Shown here: piece by piece, positions 29,377 through 38,508 of the stretch
Numbering within the stretch: position 1 is the stretch's first letter
Layout: each line of letters opens with the position of its first letter
Source of the DNA: Acidobacteriota bacterium
Lineage (GTDB): Bacteria > Acidobacteriota > UBA4820 > DSQY01
DNA length: 64,000 nt
Assembly (NCBI GenBank): GCA_037444825.1
Contig: JBBILR010000004.1
Location: forward strand, 55,536 to 119,535
Reading direction: 5' to 3'
Notes under the pieces: generated by a model
Told to the model about the DNA's origin: nothing
Seen by the model: only the letters and a program-made list of their open reading frames with translations
Databases searched by the model: none
Made by a program: the position numbers and the translations under genes

Positions 29377-29757
29377 TCACCCCGCTCCCAGGAGAAGGAC
29401 GGCGGCGGCGGCGGTGTCCTTCTCGTGGGTGAGGCTGACGAGGGCCCCGCGGACACCCAAGGCCTCCGCCCGGACGAGGGCCCGGCCGTGAAAGCGGAGC
29501 CCGGGGGGATGTCCGGCCCCACCGGTCACCTCCACGTCCCGCCACCCGATCCCCCCGCTCCAGCCCGTGCCGAGGGCCTTGAGGGCCGCCTCCTTGGCGG
29601 CGAAGCGGGCGGCGAGGGAGGGCCAGGGGTCCTTTCGGCGAAGGGCGGCGCCCCGCTCGGCTTCGGTAAAGACCCGTTCCAGTAGGCGCGGGTGGCGGGC
29701 GGCGGCGGTCCGGAGCCGGGAGACGGTGCAGAGGTCCAGGCCGAGGGCGAGGATCAC
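29377..29757 (-). CDS. acpS: Holo-ACP synthase
   Basis: GLDL, RVFTEAE, LAARFAAKEAALKALGTG and SLTHE motifs. Confidence 0.93.
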   Translation of the reverse strand: MILALGLDLCTVSRLRTAAARHPRLLERVFTEAERGAALRRKDPWPSLAARFAAKEAALKALGTGWSGGIGWRDVEVTGGAGHPPGLRFHGRALVRAEALGVRGALVSLTHEKDTAAAAVLLLGAG

Positions 29758-31295
29758 GCGGGGGCGGCGGAGCCCGCCGGGGGCTCCTTCTCCAGCCAGC
29801 GGCGGAGGGTGGAGGCGGGGACGCCCAGCCGCTTCAGGTGGTTGAGGGCTCCCCGCATGGAGGACCCCATGTCGCGGCAGATGATGAGGCGCTGCTTCCA
29901 CGCCTCCACGGCGGCGTTCTTGTACGCCGGGTCCACCTTCATGATCTTTTCCCGGAGGTAGCCCAGGTTGTTGGCCGCCCAGCGGTGGCGGGGGTCCAGC
30001 TCCAGCGCCCGGAGATAGGCCCTTTCCGCCTCGAAGTACCGCCGGTTGGTCTCCAGGGCGATGCCCAGCGCGTTGTGGACGTCGGCGTCCTCGGGGGCGA
30101 GGCGGAGGGCGGCCCGGGCCTCCTCCAGCGCCCCCACGGGGTTCCGGGTCTTCCGGTGGTACTCGGAGAGCCCCAGGTGGGCCCAGGGGTCGGAGGGGTC
30201 CAGGTGGAGGGCCCGCTCCAGCGGTTCCCGGGCCCGGTCCAGGATGCCCTGGTCCAGGTAGGTGAGGCCCAGCTGGCAGGCGGCGGAGGCCATCCGGGGG
30301 TCCTCCTCCAGCGCCTTCCGAAAGCACTCCACCGCCTCGTCGGGACGCCGCGTGCGGGCGTAGAGGTTGCCCAGGTTGAACCACGCCACCGCCAGGGAGG
30401 GGTTCAGCTCCAGGGCCTTGCGGAAGGAGGGCAGGGCCTCGGCGTAACGCCCCTGGAGGTAGGAGAGGTACCCCAGGTAGTTGTGGACCTCCGCGGCGAT
30501 CACCTCCCGCGGGTGGAGGTCCAGGATGGACAGGAGGCAGGCGCGGGCCATGTCGTGGCGGTTCTCCGCCAGGTAGTGGTCGGCGAAGGTGAAGTAGATG
30601 CCCCAGTCCCGGGGGTTCACGGAGAGGGACATGCCGAAGGCCTGGACGGCCAGGTGGCGGTCCCCCGTCTCCAGGTGGATCTTGGCCACGGCGTCCCAGG
30701 CGGTGACGTAGTGCCGCTCCCGGCTCACCACGCGGTAGAGCCAGGCCAGGGCCCGGGCCGGCCTGCCCATGGCGTGGTGGACCCGCGCCACGTGGAAGGT
30801 GTGGCGGAGGTCCCGGGGGGCGAGGCGCCGGGCCGCCTGGAAGGCCTTCAGCGCCGCGGCGAAGTCCTGGCGGGCCATGGCGAAGAAGCCGTACACCTCG
30901 TAAAAGAGGGCCCCCCGGTCCTTCTCCCGGACGGCGTGGAGGCGGTCCAGCCCTTCCCGGTCCCGCTCCAGGTAGTAGTCCACCAGCGCCGAAAGGACCT
31001 CCCGGTCGGCGGCGGAGAGGGCCTTTTCGGCGGCCAGGGTTTGGCGGGTCTCCTCCAGGCCCTTGGGGGAGAGGGCCCCCGCCTGGATGCGGATCCTCCA
31101 CAGGTCGGCCTCCCCCGCGTGGTGGCGGAGCCCCTCCTCGGCCACGGAGTCGGCCAGGTGCTGGAGGGAGCGGATGCGGAGGGCCTCGGCGGTCCTGCAC
31201 CAGGCCTCCGCCGGGGAGGAGGCGTTGAGGGCCGCCATGTCGCGCCGAAGGCCCCGGTCCAGGAGGAGGTTCCGTTCGAAGTCCAGGGAAGGCAT
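29754..31295 (-). CDS. Tetratricopeptide repeat protein
   Basis: Multiple TPRs (AWFNLGNLY, ALELNP, VHNALGIAL). Confidence 0.85.
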   Translation of the reverse strand: MPSLDFERNLLLDRGLRRDMAALNASSPAEAWCRTAEALRIRSLQHLADSVAEEGLRHHAGEADLWRIRIQAGALSPKGLEETRQTLAAEKALSAADREVLSALVDYYLERDREGLDRLHAVREKDRGALFYEVYGFFAMARQDFAAALKAFQAARRLAPRDLRHTFHVARVHHAMGRPARALAWLYRVVSRERHYVTAWDAVAKIHLETGDRHLAVQAFGMSLSVNPRDWGIYFTFADHYLAENRHDMARACLLSILDLHPREVIAAEVHNYLGYLSYLQGRYAEALPSFRKALELNPSLAVAWFNLGNLYARTRRPDEAVECFRKALEEDPRMASAACQLGLTYLDQGILDRAREPLERALHLDPSDPWAHLGLSEYHRKTRNPVGALEEARAALRLAPEDADVHNALGIALETNRRYFEAERAYLRALELDPRHRWAANNLGYLREKIMKVDPAYKNAAVEAWKQRLIICRDMGSSMRGALNHLKRLGVPASTLRRWLEKEPPAGSAAPA

Positions 31296-31300
31296 GGCCG

Positions 31301-31777
31301 TCACCTCCGGTAGACCCCCGACTTGCCGCCGGACTTCCGGAGCAGGCGGATGGGTCCCACTTCCGCTCCCTTGTCCACGCCCTTTACCATGTCGTAGAGG
31401 GTGAGGCAGGCCACGGCGCACGCCGTCATGGCCTCCATCTCCACCCCGGTCACGTCCAGGGCCGCCGCTTCCGCAACGACCCGCACCGTGTTCCGGGCGT
31501 CGTCCCACGCGAAGTCTACCGAAAGGTGGGCGAGGGCCACAACGTGGCAGAGGGGGATGAGGGAGGGCACCGCTTTGGCCGCCAGGATTCCCGCGATGCG
31601 GGCGGTGGCCAGGAGGTCCCCCTTGGGGAGGTCGCCGGCCCGGGCCAGGGCGTAGGCCCGCGGGCCCAGGGTGACGAAGCCTTCGGCCACGGCGCGCCTG
31701 CGGGTCTTTCTCTTCCCGCCCACGTCCACCATGCGGGCCTGTCCTCGTGGGTCCAGGTGGGTCAGTCCCTCCGTCAC
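31301..31777 (-). CDS. moaC: Cyclic pyranopterin monophosphate synthase MoaC
   Basis: LTHLD..G.ARMVDV, LIPLCH, TGVEMEA, YDMVK and KSGGKSG motifs. Confidence 0.96.
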   Translation of the reverse strand: MTEGLTHLDPRGQARMVDVGGKRKTRRRAVAEGFVTLGPRAYALARAGDLPKGDLLATARIAGILAAKAVPSLIPLCHVVALAHLSVDFAWDDARNTVRVVAEAAALDVTGVEMEAMTACAVACLTLYDMVKGVDKGAEVGPIRLLRKSGGKSGVYRR

Positions 31778-32469
31778 CGAAACCTCCCGATGAGGGCGGC
31801 CATTCGGCCGGCTCCCTCTCCGTCCCGACGGTAGGAGCAGAATAGCAGGGGGTGGCAGGCGGTACAACGGCCGTCCCGAAAGACCCGGTCCTTTGGGACG
31901 CCCGCCTCCTCCAGGAGCCGGGCGTTGAGGTCCGCGAGGTCCAGGACGGTGCGCGGGCCCTCCTCGGGAACCCACCCGGGAAACTCCCGGAGGAAGGCGA
32001 GGTGGCGTTCGGCGTCCACCGCGTAACAGCAGGGGCCCACCGACGGCCCGATCCAGGCGGTGAGCTTCTCCGGCGAAGGAAACCGCCGGGCGGCGGTCTG
32101 GGCGATGCGAAGGAGGGTCCCTTTCCACCCGGCGTGGACGGCCGCCACGGCGGAGCCGTCCTCCGAGGCCATCAGGACCGGCACGCAGTCGGCGGTCACC
32201 ACCCGGACGAAGTGCCCCGGCCGGCGGGAGAGGAGGGCGTCGGCCTCGCAGGGGCTCTCGGAGAGCTCCACCACCCGCCCCGAGTGAACCTGCTCCACCC
32301 GGTGGACGACGGCCCCTTCGTGACCCAGGCCGGCGAGGAAGGCGGCAAGGCCCTCGGGGGATACGGCGGCGAAGCCCCGGAGGGTCAGCGCCGCGAAGAC
32401 CCCCCGCGGAAAGAGGGCGGAGAGGTCGAGGTAGGGGCCCTGGGGGGAGCGGCGGGGAACGGCGCTCAC
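31774..32469 (-). CDS. pgeF: YfiH/PgeF family protein (purine nucleoside phosphorylase-like)
   Basis: QVHS, TADCVPV, HAGWKG, IGPSVGPCCY and SYRRDG motifs. Confidence 0.9.
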   Translation of the reverse strand: MSAVPRRSPQGPYLDLSALFPRGVFAALTLRGFAAVSPEGLAAFLAGLGHEGAVVHRVEQVHSGRVVELSESPCEADALLSRRPGHFVRVVTADCVPVLMASEDGSAVAAVHAGWKGTLLRIAQTAARRFPSPEKLTAWIGPSVGPCCYAVDAERHLAFLREFPGWVPEEGPRTVLDLADLNARLLEEAGVPKDRVFRDGRCTACHPLLFCSYRRDGEGAGRMAALIGRFR

Positions 32470-32954
32470 GCCCCGCCGCGGCTCCATGCCCGCTCCAGGC
32501 GCAGAAGCCGCTTCTTGACCGCCAGACCCCCTCCGAACCCGCCCAGGCCGCCCTTGGCCACCGCCCGGTGGCAGGGGATGAGGAGGGGGATCCGGTTGGC
32601 GCCGCAGGCGGAGCCCGCGGCCCGGGCGGCGCCCTTCCTCCCGGCCCAGGCGGCCAGGTCGGAGTAGGAGAGCACCTGTCCCGGGGGGATCCGCCGGAGG
32701 GCCTCCCAGACGGCCTCCTGGAAGGGGGTCCCCGGAGGGTCGGGGGCCAGGGGGAGGTCGAAGTTCCCGCGGGTACCCTCGAAGTACTCCTGGAGCTGCT
32801 TCCGGAGTTCCTTCCAGAGGGGGGCCACGGCCGAGGGCACGGGGCCGTCGGCGGCCTTCCCCCCGAAGTCGATCCGGTGGACCCCGGCGGGGGAGAGGGT
32901 CACGTCCAGCCGCCCCAGGGGGGTCTCCAGGCCCAGCGTCGACGGAATGCTCAT
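32466..32954 (-). CDS. ogt: Methylated-DNA--protein-cysteine S-methyltransferase
   Basis: GTPFQEAVW, ARAAGSAC and the IPCHR active site. Confidence 0.93.
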   Translation of the reverse strand: MSIPSTLGLETPLGRLDVTLSPAGVHRIDFGGKAADGPVPSAVAPLWKELRKQLQEYFEGTRGNFDLPLAPDPPGTPFQEAVWEALRRIPPGQVLSYSDLAAWAGRKGAARAAGSACGANRIPLLIPCHRAVAKGGLGGFGGGLAVKKRLLRLERAWSRGGA

Positions 32955-33349
32955 GTCCCGAAGCCTCCCTTCTTCGTGTAGGTGGCCACCACCGAGGCGC
33001 TCATCCCCCCGCGCGCGTTGAAGACCCCCGTGACCGAAGCCCGGACGGGGTTGCAGGCCTTCACCACGTCCCGGAGCACGCGGTTCACCACGTTCTCGTA
33101 AAAGATGCCCAGGTTTCGGTAGGCGAGGAGGTACTCCTTGTAAGACTTGAGCTCCAGACAGGCCTTGTCGGGCTCGTACCGGAGGACCAGGAGGCCGAAG
33201 TCGGGCAGGCCCGTCTTGGGGCAGACGGAGGTGAACTCCGGCGCCTCCACGGTGATCTCGTAGCCGGGAAACTGGTTGGGCCAGGTCTCGATGGCCGGCA
33301 AGGCCGCGTCGAGGCCGCTCTTCGCGTGAGCCTGGGTGTATCCCGCCAT
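32951..33349 (-). CDS. queF: NADPH-dependent preQ0 reductase (type I QueF)
   Basis: PEFTSVCPKTGLPDFG, ELKSYKEYL and FNARGG motifs. Confidence 0.95.
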   Translation of the reverse strand: MAGYTQAHAKSGLDAALPAIETWPNQFPGYEITVEAPEFTSVCPKTGLPDFGLLVLRYEPDKACLELKSYKEYLLAYRNLGIFYENVVNRVLRDVVKACNPVRASVTGVFNARGGMSASVVATYTKKGGFGT

Positions 33350-33391
33350 GGCCGCCTCCCCGGGGAGGGAAGTTCCTCCCCCAAGGGGCCA

Positions 33392-33655
33392 TCATGGCAG
33401 AGAGGAGAGGATCCTGTCGAGTTCCCCGCTCCGGTCCAGGGCCTGCAGGTCGTCGGCCCCTCCGAGGTGGCGGTCGCCGACGAAGACCTGGGGGACGGTC
33501 TGGCGGCCCGACCGCCGCTCGCACTCCTCCCACCGGTGGGGCTCGCGGTCGAGGTTGACCTCCTCGAAGGCCACGCCTTTCTTCGTCAGGAGGTTCTTGG
33601 CGGCGGTGCAGTAAGGGCAGAAGGTCATGGTGTAGATGACGACGGGCGTCTTCAC
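33392..33655 (-). CDS. grxC: Glutaredoxin 3
   Basis: CPYC, TVPQVF and GGADDL motifs. Confidence 0.92.
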   Translation of the reverse strand: MKTPVVIYTMTFCPYCTAAKNLLTKKGVAFEEVNLDREPHRWEECERRSGRQTVPQVFVGDRHLGGADDLQALDRSGELDRILSSLP

Positions 33656-33692
33656 GGCAACGCTCCTTTTCGATCCCTTTCGGCACGTTTCC

Positions 33693-34013
33693 TCAACGCC
33701 GGATCCCCTCCCCTTCATCCCCCGGAGGGCGGAGGACCACGAAGCTGGCCCCCCACCCCCCCTCCGAGGAGCCGGCGGGGGAGACGGCGGCCACGCCGGG
33801 CAGGCGCTCCAGCAGGGCGAGGACCGTCCGGCGGAGGGCCCCCGTCCCCTTGCCGTGGATGATCTTGACGTCGAGGATGCCGAGGCGGCGGCACTCGGCG
33901 AGGTACGCCTCCACCACGTCGGGGACCTCCCGCGGCGGGATAGGGTGGAGGTCCAGCACGCCGTCCACGGGGAGGGGCACCGGCTCCGGAAAGGGGGCCT
34001 CGTCTTCGGTCAC
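33693..34013 (-). CDS. Stand-alone Smr domain protein
   Basis: LDLH, IIHGKGTGALR and GGWGAS motifs. Confidence 0.88.
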   Translation of the reverse strand: MTEDEAPFPEPVPLPVDGVLDLHPIPPREVPDVVEAYLAECRRLGILDVKIIHGKGTGALRRTVLALLERLPGVAAVSPAGSSEGGWGASFVVLRPPGDEGEGIRR

Positions 34014-34573
34014 GGCTTCTCTCCGACGATCCAGGCGGAAAAGCGCCCCCCCTCCTCCACCCGGGCTCGGAAGCCCGCCTCCTCGAGAAGGGCGGCCCAG
34101 ACCTCCGGCGGCCTCATGCGGCTCGTCATGCCGAGAAGGCGCTCCAGACGCCCCACGGCCCGCACCGGGGCCCTCCGGTGGTCCGGCTCCTCCACCACCA
34201 GGCGCCCCCCCGGGGAGAGGACCCGGTGGAGCTCCCGGAGGGCACCCTCGGCGTCCGCGAAGTGGTGGAAGGCGTCCACCACCAGCGCCCGCTCGAAGGA
34301 GGCCCCCAGGAAGGGGAGATGGAAGGAGGAGGCGGCCACGGCCTTCAGGCCCGGCTTCCGGGCGGCCCTGCGCACCATGGGGCGGGAGAGGTCGGCCACC
34401 ACCGCGCCCCCCGTCAGGGGCGCGAGGCTCCGAGAGACGCGTCCCGTCCCCCCGCCGGCGTCCAGAAGGAGGCCGGGGCAGGGGAGGTGGAGGACGCGGG
34501 CCAGCGCCGCGGGGTCCCGGTGGCCTCCCGCCGCGTCGAAGAAGGGGGCGAGGAGGTCGAAGTGAAGGTTCAT
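34010..34573 (-). CDS. Class I SAM-dependent methyltransferase (UbiE-like)
   Basis: LLDAGGGTG, DAFHHF and ELHRVLSPGG motifs. Confidence 0.88.
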   Translation of the reverse strand: MNLHFDLLAPFFDAAGGHRDPAALARVLHLPCPGLLLDAGGGTGRVSRSLAPLTGGAVVADLSRPMVRRAARKPGLKAVAASSFHLPFLGASFERALVVDAFHHFADAEGALRELHRVLSPGGRLVVEEPDHRRAPVRAVGRLERLLGMTSRMRPPEVWAALLEEAGFRARVEEGGRFSAWIVGEKP

Positions 34574-35241
34574 GGGGGGGACCCGGCGGACGCGCCGAGG
34601 CGCTCCGCCCCCGCCGCCACCAGAAGGAAGGCCGGGAGCTGGAGGAGGTGGAAGACTCCGTTGTGGTCGAAGGGCAGGCCGGCCCGCAGGACGAAGGGCC
34701 CCGAAGCCTGCACGGCGCCGGCCGCCAGGAGGAGCCCGAGGCCCGAAAAGCAGAGCCCGGCGCCGGCCCGCCCCTTTCGGGCGAGGCCGAGAAGGAGGGC
34801 CAGGGACAGCCCCAGCCCCGCCGCCTCGTACGCCACGAAGAGGGAAAAGGAAGAGGACCAGAAGGCCGTGAGGATCCAGAAAAAGGCGGCCCCTCCCGCC
34901 AGGGCCGCAAAGAACACGCGGGCCGCCCCCCCGCCCAGGGCCTCCCGGCCGGCGGCGGCGGCGGTGAGGGCCACGGCGGCCGCCAGGAGGGCGTAGATCC
35001 CCCTCCAGAGCCCGTGAAAGACCGGCGGAGGCAGGATGAGCCCGTGGGCCGCCGCACCGAGCAGGGCGGCCGCGGCGGCGGCGCCCAGGGCCGAGGCCCA
35101 GAGCCCCGATCGTTTCGCTCCGGCCTGGAGGAGGCGAAGGGCCGCCCCCCCGGCGGCGGCGGCCACCAGAAGGTCGGTGAGGGCGGTGGTCCGCTCGGTG
35201 AGGAGGGGGTGCAGGGCCGGAGAGAGCGCCCCGGCCGTCAC
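34570..35241 (-). CDS. Hypothetical integral membrane protein (DUF6962-like)
   Basis: Multiple TM segments; TERTTALTD N-terminus and FDHNGVFHLLQ C-terminal motif. Confidence 0.65.
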   Translation of the reverse strand: MTAGALSPALHPLLTERTTALTDLLVAAAAGGAALRLLQAGAKRSGLWASALGAAAAAALLGAAAHGLILPPPVFHGLWRGIYALLAAAVALTAAAAGREALGGGAARVFFAALAGGAAFFWILTAFWSSSFSLFVAYEAAGLGLSLALLLGLARKGRAGAGLCFSGLGLLLAAGAVQASGPFVLRAGLPFDHNGVFHLLQLPAFLLVAAGAERLGASAGSPP

Positions 35242-35840
35242 TTCCTTCCCCCAAGGCCGAGGATGAGGGCGGCCGTGGCCGAGCCGAGGAGGTTGAAGAC
35301 CAGGTCCCAGCCGGTGTTTTCGTACCCCCCGACGTTGGTGTCGGGGAGGAGCCGCGTGGCGGCGAACTCCACCACTTCGTTGAGGGCTCCGAAGCCCATG
35401 CCCGCCGCGGCGCAGAGCACCAGGGGGCCAGGGGTGGGGCGGGGGACGCCTCCGCCGGTTCGGACGGCCGCCGCGTACCCCTGCCAGCAGACCCACGTGG
35501 TGACCCCGAAGCCGAAGGCGTGGACCACCATGTCGTACTTGAGAAGGTCGGGCACGATCCACCAGGAGTAGAAGACCGCGTGGGCCCCTTCGTAGGGCCA
35601 CCCCGGCGGCAGGGGGACCAGCCCCCCCACCATGTGGAGCAGGCCCCAGAGGCTGAGGCACGCGAGGGAGGCCGTGGTGAGGCCGATCCGCAGGTGCAGG
35701 GCCCCCACGAGGACCACGAAGACCCCCATCACCCCCAGATAGATCAGGAACTCCCCGTTGCCCGAGCGGAGGACCAAAGCCGCCGCGGCGGCCATGTACA
35801 GGAGGGTGAAGGCCAGGACCCCGAGGTCGCGTCGTGGCAT
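35238..35840 (-). CDS. Integral membrane protein (DUF2238-like)
   Basis: TM-rich; YDMVVHAFGFG, GALNEVVEF and DLVFN motifs. Confidence 0.7.
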   Translation of the reverse strand: MPRRDLGVLAFTLLYMAAAAALVLRSGNGEFLIYLGVMGVFVVLVGALHLRIGLTTASLACLSLWGLLHMVGGLVPLPPGWPYEGAHAVFYSWWIVPDLLKYDMVVHAFGFGVTTWVCWQGYAAAVRTGGGVPRPTPGPLVLCAAAGMGFGALNEVVEFAATRLLPDTNVGGYENTGWDLVFNLLGSATAALILGLGGRK

Positions 35841-35844
35841 CCCG

Positions 35845-37152
35845 TTACCCCCCCGTCTCGGGCCGGCCCGCCCGGATGGTCTCCAGGCCGTGGGCGCGGG
35901 GGCCCTTCTCCACCTGCCAGAGGAGCCAGGCGAAGAGGAGGGCCACGAAGCCGAGGCCGGAGAAGATCCACATCCCCGGGACGTACCCCGCCGGGTTCTG
36001 GGGCCCGGCGTGGCCCAGGTCGTTGGCGTACCCCACCAGGGTGTTGAGGCCCGCCACGCCCACCTGCTGGACCAGCGTCATGAGGGCGTAGGCCGTTCCC
36101 AGCCGGTTCTGCTCCACGATGTACGCCACGCTGGGCCACATGATGGCCGGAACCAGGGAGAAGGCCACCCCCATCAGGGCGATGGGGACCCACAGGGGGA
36201 GGGCGTGGTAGGCCATGATGGCGTACACCGGCATGAGCAGAAAGGCCCCCAGGAACATCATGGAGGCCCGCCGCCCGATGCGGTCCACCAGGAGGCCGAA
36301 GAGGGGGGTGGCCACCATGGCCGCCACGGGCAGGCTGCTGTTGAGCTGGCCCGCCGCCTCGCGGCTGAGCCCGTAGCTCTCGATGAAGAACTTGATGGAG
36401 AAGGTCCGGAAGGGGAAGATGGCCGAGTAGAAGGTTACGCAGAGGGCCACGCAGTACCAGAACGAGGCGTCGAAGCGAAAGAGGTCCTTGAGGACCAGCT
36501 TGTCGGGCTCCCCCGCCTCCCCCAGGGAGAAGCGCCGCAGGGCGGCGGCCTCCAGGGCCCAGTAGGCCAGCGCCGCCGCGGTGCACAGGAGGCCCAGCCC
36601 CGCCGCCAGCACCAGGGGCCCCCGCCACCCCGTGTAGGACCACTTGGCCCAGGTGGGGGACCAGTCCACCGCCACCTGCCCCAGCCGGGCGATGGTCAGG
36701 TTGATCCCAAAGGCGAAGGAGAGCTCCTTCCCCTTGAACCACTTGGCCAGGGCCGCCGTGATGGCCACGATGAGCGGCTCCGCCCCCACCCCCAACAGGA
36801 AGCGGGAGGCGATCATCACCCACGGCTCCCGGGTGAGGACCATGGTGACCCCGGAGACGGTGCAGAGGGCGCCGAAGAGGACGGTGGTCCGCGTGGTCCC
36901 CAGCCGGTCGATGAGGACCCCTCCCACGAGGAGCACCAGCACCGCGGCGATGCTGTAGCTGGTGTTGAGCTGGCCGATGACGGTGTCGCTAAAGCCCAGC
37001 TCGGCCTTCATCAGGTCGGTGATGGGGTTGATGGAGTCGTAGAGGTAGTAGTTGCCGAACATGGCGAGGCTGATGACCACCAGCACCGCCCACCGCAGGA
37101 GGGACGGCGGTTCGGGCCGCCCCGCCCCCACGCTCTTCTTCTCGCCGGCCAT
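35845..37152 (-). CDS. MFS transporter (MFSD1-like)
   Basis: About 12 TM segments; FGNYYLYD, GVLIDRLG, KWFKGKEL and GLLVDRIGRR motifs. Confidence 0.87.
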   Translation of the reverse strand: MAGEKKSVGAGRPEPPSLLRWAVLVVISLAMFGNYYLYDSINPITDLMKAELGFSDTVIGQLNTSYSIAAVLVLLVGGVLIDRLGTTRTTVLFGALCTVSGVTMVLTREPWVMIASRFLLGVGAEPLIVAITAALAKWFKGKELSFAFGINLTIARLGQVAVDWSPTWAKWSYTGWRGPLVLAAGLGLLCTAAALAYWALEAAALRRFSLGEAGEPDKLVLKDLFRFDASFWYCVALCVTFYSAIFPFRTFSIKFFIESYGLSREAAGQLNSSLPVAAMVATPLFGLLVDRIGRRASMMFLGAFLLMPVYAIMAYHALPLWVPIALMGVAFSLVPAIMWPSVAYIVEQNRLGTAYALMTLVQQVGVAGLNTLVGYANDLGHAGPQNPAGYVPGMWIFSGLGFVALLFAWLLWQVEKGPRAHGLETIRAGRPETGG

Positions 37153-37312
37153 GGGTCCTCCCCCGAAACAAGGCTGCCGCAAGGTGCGCCAGTATAGCCG
37201 CCCCCCCGTTCCGCCGCCAGCGCGCCGGCGGCGGCACGGGGGAAGGCCCCGTCGGCTCCGGCCTTGAAAGGGGAGGCGCCTTCGCCTATCCTGCCCACCA
37301 CCGGAGGGCGGG

Positions 37313-37879
37313 ATGCGGGCCTTTCTGGCGGTGGAGATTCCAGAGGACGTCCGGCAGGCCCTGAGCGAGGTCATTCGACATCTGCGCGGGGAGGCCCTGG
37401 GGGTCAAGTGGGTCCGGCCGGAGCAGATCCACCTCACCCTGGAGTTTTTCGCCGGTCTGCCCCCGGAGGGTCTTCCTTCCCTGGAAGCGGCCGTCTCGGA
37501 GGCGGCGGCGGCCTTCGCCCCGGCCCCGCTCCGGGTCCGGGGGGTGGGCGCCTTCCGGTCGGGGGCGAAGATCCGGGTCCTCTGGGCGGGGATCGAGGAT
37601 CCGGAAGGCCGGCTTGCGGCCTTCGCCGGCGGCCTAAGGGAGGCCCTGCGGGCCCGGGGAATCCAGGGGGACGACAAGCCCTTCCGCCCCCACCTGACGC
37701 TGGGGCGCCTGAGGGAGCCTTCCCGGAACCCGGCCCTGGAGCGGGCCCTCTCGGCCCTGGGGGCCTTCGAGGCCGGGCCCTTCGTTCCTCCCCGCCTCGC
37801 GCTCTTCGAGAGCACCCTCACCCCGGAGGGCCCCATCCACCGGGCCCTCCGGCAATGGCCTTTGGGAGGAGCGGCATGA
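37313..37879 (+). CDS. thpR: RNA 2',3'-cyclic phosphodiesterase (2H family)
   Basis: Two HxT motifs (IHLTL, PHLTL); MRAFLAVE start. Confidence 0.92.
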   Translation: MRAFLAVEIPEDVRQALSEVIRHLRGEALGVKWVRPEQIHLTLEFFAGLPPEGLPSLEAAVSEAAAAFAPAPLRVRGVGAFRSGAKIRVLWAGIEDPEGRLAAFAGGLREALRARGIQGDDKPFRPHLTLGRLREPSRNPALERALSALGAFEAGPFVPPRLALFESTLTPEGPIHRALRQWPLGGAA

Positions 37880-38508
37880 CGGGCGCGGACGCGGGAATCC
37901 TGGCGGCGGCGTACTTCCTGGGGGCCGTCCCCTTCGGCTGGCTTCTCACCCGGGCCGCGGGGGGAGGCGACATCCGGACCCTGGGCTCGGGGAACATCGG
38001 GGCCACCAACGTCCTGAGGACCCAGGGAAAGGCGCTGGCCCTGCTCACCCTCCTCCTGGACTTCGGGAAGGCGGCCCTCTCGGTCTACGTCGGCCGGCGC
38101 TTCGGCTCCGCCCCCTTCGTGGGCGCCGCCGCCGGAGCCGCGGCGGTGGTGGGCCACTGCTTCCCGGTCTACCTCCGGTTCAAGGGCGGCAAGGGGATCG
38201 CGTCGGGGCTGGGGACCTTCCTGCTGGTGGCCCCGGCGGCCACCCTGGCGGCCTTCGCGGTCTTCCTCGCGGAAATTCTCACGTTGCGGTACGTCTCCCT
38301 GGGGTCGGTGCTGGCGTCCCTGGCCTTCTCCGCATTCCTCCTCCTCTCCCACTTGGCCTGGGGCTGGTACGACCTGCCCACGGCCCTCCTCGGGGCCGCC
38401 ACCGGCCTTCTCCTCGTCAGCCGCCACCGGGCCAACCTCCAACGCCTGAGGCGGGGCACCGAACCCCGCCTCTGGGGGAACCCGCCCAAGGAAGGAGGCC
38501 GGCCGTGA
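37876..38508 (+). CDS. plsY: Glycerol-3-phosphate acyltransferase PlsY
   Basis: GSGNIGATN, GHCFPV, FKGGKGIAS and HRANLQRL motifs. Confidence 0.95.
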   Translation: MTGADAGILAAAYFLGAVPFGWLLTRAAGGGDIRTLGSGNIGATNVLRTQGKALALLTLLLDFGKAALSVYVGRRFGSAPFVGAAAGAAAVVGHCFPVYLRFKGGKGIASGLGTFLLVAPAATLAAFAVFLAEILTLRYVSLGSVLASLAFSAFLLLSHLAWGWYDLPTALLGAATGLLLVSRHRANLQRLRRGTEPRLWGNPPKEGGRP

